A stretch of DNA of 40,542 nt from Candidatus Heimdallarchaeota archaeon. Its GTDB lineage: Archaea > Asgardarchaeota > Wukongarchaeia > Wukongarchaeales > JBHIFL01. Positions 37,978-40,542 of the stretch are shown here, one piece after another. The stretch is from contig JBHIFL010000039.1 in the NCBI GenBank assembly GCA_046761065.1, positions 1-40,542 on the forward strand, in the 5' to 3' direction. The translations under genes and the position numbers were made by a program. The first letter of the stretch is position 1; each line of letters starts with the position of its first letter. The notes under the pieces are model-generated. The model saw only the letters and a program-made list of their open reading frames with translations, had not been told where the DNA came from and made no database searches.

Positions 37978-38463
37978 CTGCTATTCTATCTTGACACTAA
38001 CGTTTTTTACCATGCGTATTGCCCTGTTGAAGATAGTTCTAGTGTAGAATGGTTATTTAGTCAATTCAGTAAAATTTGCCAAGGAATAACATGTGAATGG
38101 ACGATCCTTGAAATGTTTCGAGCTTTTAAAAAACAAGTTAATTTAGGAGTGATTAATGAAAAAGACGCTCAAATCGCTTTAGATTTCTTTATTGCTGATA
38201 TCAGTGAAATGTCTAAAAAATCAGTATTACAATTAATTCCAATTACAATGACAGCAATTATAACTACAAGAAAATTAATTTTTTCTTATAATTTGTTTGC
38301 TGCTGATGCGCTCCATGCTACTATAGCCATCAATTCCCAAGTCAATGCCTTTATTACCTATGATGAGAATTTTAAAGTGGATCTAGATGAGATTCCTATT
38401 CTAAACCCTCAAAAGGAATCATTCAGAAGTAAAATTGAAGAAATATTACATCGTAAACAATAA
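37978..38463 (+). CDS. PIN-domain toxin (VapC-like) with a non-canonical start
   Basis: In-frame upstream extension LLFYLDTNVF..EWTILEM, then ADALHATIA, FITYDENF; CTG 37978 lies 7 nt after GAGGAGG. Confidence 0.82.
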   Translation: MLFYLDTNVFYHAYCPVEDSSSVEWLFSQFSKICQGITCEWTILEMFRAFKKQVNLGVINEKDAQIALDFFIADISEMSKKSVLQLIPITMTAIITTRKLIFSYNLFAADALHATIAINSQVNAFITYDENFKVDLDEIPILNPQKESFRSKIEEILHRKQ

Positions 38464-38482
38464 AAATAATTCGTTAGAATTA

Positions 38483-40186
38483 TTAAAACTCTCCTCGTTC
38501 TCTCATTTTAGCTAACTCCTCGTCTCGGAGTTGTTTCTTATGGATTTTCATAACCGGAGTTAAAGGCAAAATTGGCCGAAACTCCACGAATTTCGGTATC
38601 GCGTAGGGAGGAAGATTCTCTTGACAATATTTCATAATATCTGCTCCTGTTACCTTTCCTTCGTACTCTGGCTTTAACACGATGAACGCTTTGATTCGTT
38701 CACTTCCAGGTCTTTCCGGATCGGGGACTCCAATAACTCCTGCTTCTAGGATCGCAGGGTGTTCAAATAACACATCATCAACGATCCGGGAGTATACTTT
38801 CATCCCTGAGACATTAATCATATCTTTTATGCGATCTACGATGTAAAAATAGCCCTCCTCATCCATTTTTGCAATATCACCGGTTGCCAGCCACCCGTAT
38901 TTGTCTAAACATTTACAAGGAGTTGGCCAATAGCCGAGCATGATCTGAGGTCCACGGACCCATAGCTCGCCGGCTTCTCCCAATGGGGCCTCCGCTCCCG
39001 TTTCTGGATCCACTATCTTCACTTCAGTATCTGCCACAGGAACACCAATAGATCTCTTCACCTCAGCCATAAATCCTGTTACCTTAGAAAATCCTGAAAG
39101 ATTTAAGTGAACACAAGGACTTGCTTCTGTCAATCCATAGCCTTCACCCAGTGGGACGCCTATTTTCTTTTCCCATTGCTTCGCCACATCTGGCGGAAGA
39201 GCCGCTGCCCCGGCATAGAAAAAGATCGGCATCTTTGGAATGTCTTCATTCAGCAAGAGCATGTAATGCGTTGGGACTCCCATGACTACAAACGGCCGAT
39301 ATTTTTTGATGAGTTCCGCTATTTTTTGAAGATCGCGGCCATCAACTAAGATGATGCGAAGCCCCCAACTAATACAAGCATGAACCCCCCAGTGACCCAT
39401 CTGGTGAAAAATAGGAACACAGATTTCAACAGCGGATTTCCCCTTAACACCTGGGGCGAGAGGGCTCATCATCCAATGTAGAGACTGGATCACGTTTGAA
39501 GTAAGGTTGTAGTGGCTGAGCATGGTCCCCTTAGGAACTCCGGTGGTACCTCCTGTAAATGGTAAGAGAACCACGTCGTTCATGGGGTCTATTTCCACAT
39601 TGGGGGGGTTTGGATCGGATGTTTTGATTAGGTCTTCGAAGCGATCCGCTCCAGGGATTTCTTCGAGATCAGGAGTAGAATACAAAGGATAAATGGGAAC
39701 GGGTGCCCAAATTATCGTCTTTAGTTTGGTTTTATTTTTTATGGCGTTAACCCGCTCAAGACGTCGATACGAACAAATTACGGTTTCTGCTCCTGATTCG
39801 TTGAGTTCATGCAACAGATCGGAAGCCTGGTGTAAGATACTGATTGGCACATGGATTGCTCCCAATCTCATGATGGCATAATCGCTTATGATGAACTGCG
39901 GACAAGACGGAAGGATGGTTGCGACGGTATCACCTTTTTTTACACCTAACTCAGCCAGGGCAGTCGCAAACTTATCCACTTGAAGTTTTAATTGCTGATA
40001 AGTGAATTCCTCCTCTAAATAGACGCACGCAACATTGTCGGGAAATTGTTGGGCGGCGTCATCGAGGAATTGGGTGACTGGGATCTTGGGATATGGTTCC
40101 ATAGTCTTTGAGAGTTTGAACGGCCCCACAAAATAACTTTTCAACCAGGGTTTGTCCGCATAAGTCAAGTTCTCACCCAACAGCAT
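38483..40186 (-). CDS. Long-chain acyl-CoA synthetase (FadD-like AMP-binding enzyme)
   Basis: FTGGTTGVPKG, EGYGLTEASP, GELWVRGPQIMLGYW, TGD, DRIKDMINVSG. Confidence 0.92.
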   Translation of the reverse strand: MLLGENLTYADKPWLKSYFVGPFKLSKTMEPYPKIPVTQFLDDAAQQFPDNVACVYLEEEFTYQQLKLQVDKFATALAELGVKKGDTVATILPSCPQFIISDYAIMRLGAIHVPISILHQASDLLHELNESGAETVICSYRRLERVNAIKNKTKLKTIIWAPVPIYPLYSTPDLEEIPGADRFEDLIKTSDPNPPNVEIDPMNDVVLLPFTGGTTGVPKGTMLSHYNLTSNVIQSLHWMMSPLAPGVKGKSAVEICVPIFHQMGHWGVHACISWGLRIILVDGRDLQKIAELIKKYRPFVVMGVPTHYMLLLNEDIPKMPIFFYAGAAALPPDVAKQWEKKIGVPLGEGYGLTEASPCVHLNLSGFSKVTGFMAEVKRSIGVPVADTEVKIVDPETGAEAPLGEAGELWVRGPQIMLGYWPTPCKCLDKYGWLATGDIAKMDEEGYFYIVDRIKDMINVSGMKVYSRIVDDVLFEHPAILEAGVIGVPDPERPGSERIKAFIVLKPEYEGKVTGADIMKYCQENLPPYAIPKFVEFRPILPLTPVMKIHKKQLRDEELAKMRERGEF

Positions 40187-40266
40187 CTAATATTCCAAGA
40201 ACGAGTACGGTATATGTAAATGTGTAAGATGTAAGCTCGTTCGGTTAATAAATCTCTTTACAAGAA

Positions 40267-40542
40267 TTAAGCAAGAAAGCTCAAATCCTTTAGGGTTGGG
40301 ATGAATTGCTTAAGAGTATATCAATAAAAGGTATAAAGCATCAGCTCATATACTTAACTGATGAGAATAGAGTCGCCTACTAAGCAATATAAATCAGACA
40401 ATCATCTAGTGTATAGTTGTCAATATCACGTTATTTTCTGCCCGAAGTACAGAAGACCTGTGCTTAAAGAGAGAATAGCAGAGAGACTTAAGGAGTTAAT
40501 TCTTGAAAAACAGAAGGAATACGAATATGAAATACTTGATAT
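40267..40542 (+). mobile_element. IS200/IS605-family element, left end (truncated by the window)
   Basis: Subterminal imperfect hairpin TCAAATCC-TTTA-GGGTTGGG inside a TTAAGCAA/TTGCTTAA outer stem, followed by tnpA. Confidence 0.8.
40361..40542 (+). CDS. tnpA: IS200/IS605 Y1 (HUH) transposase TnpA, N-terminal part
   Basis: Manual translation MRIESPTKQYKSDNHLVYSCQYHVIFCPKYRRPVLKERIAERLKELI...; not in the ORF track because it runs off the edge. Confidence 0.9.
   Translation, partial: MRIESPTKQYKSDNHLVYSCQYHVIFCPKYRRPVLKERIAERLKELILEKQKEYEYEILD

Noticed and set aside
866-39881. Numerous short antisense or alternate-frame ORFs in the track (e.g. 1190-1447, 4141-4635, 7204-7575, 29091-29426, 34460-34795)
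   Set aside because: They overlap well-supported genes, have no motifs, and look like shadow ORFs
40199-40242. GAACGAG...CTCGTTC inverted repeat upstream of the acyl-CoA ligase
   Set aside because: Only 7 bp with a 30-nt spacer; compatible with chance
1-40542. CRISPR array, tRNA, rRNA, prophage or integrase genes
   Set aside because: No regularly spaced repeats, cloverleaf motifs or viral hallmark proteins were seen by eye

Overview
AT-rich prokaryotic window, most likely archaeal (TATA-like promoter boxes, short or leaderless 5' regions, U-tract gene ends, HEPN/MNT and RHH/PIN pairs). An Asgard- or Bathyarchaeia-like anaerobic heterotroph is plausible, but this is inference only. The left half (~0.2-20.3 kb) is an amino-acid/acyl-CoA catabolism island: two APC permeases, an ETF beta/alpha plus acyl-CoA dehydrogenase operon, a class-III PLP enzyme with racemase-type residues, a divergent metallophosphoesterase/nucleotidyltransferase pair, an M28 peptidase, PrpE-type CoA ligase, ortAB (2-amino-4-ketopentanoate thiolase) without the rest of its pathway, DUF6092-like plus nitroreductase, and a PfkB kinase. 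The right half is a patchwork accessory region: two disrupted ICMT-family genes, DUF1028-TPR, GyrI-like, non-pyrrolysine MttB, SDR, HEPN-MNT, a Cys-rich membrane protein with an ABC exporter, an enolase-superfamily epimerase, a duplicated small membrane gene, an M20 hydrolase, a D-2-hydroxyacid dehydrogenase relic, vapBC with a non-canonical toxin start, a long-chain acyl-CoA ligase, and the left end of an IS200/IS605 element. The best candidate for an undescribed system is the phosphoesterase/nucleotidyltransferase pair embedded among permease, racemase-like, ortAB and DUF6092 genes. No rRNA, tRNA or CRISPR array was seen. All family calls come from motif recognition, not database searches.
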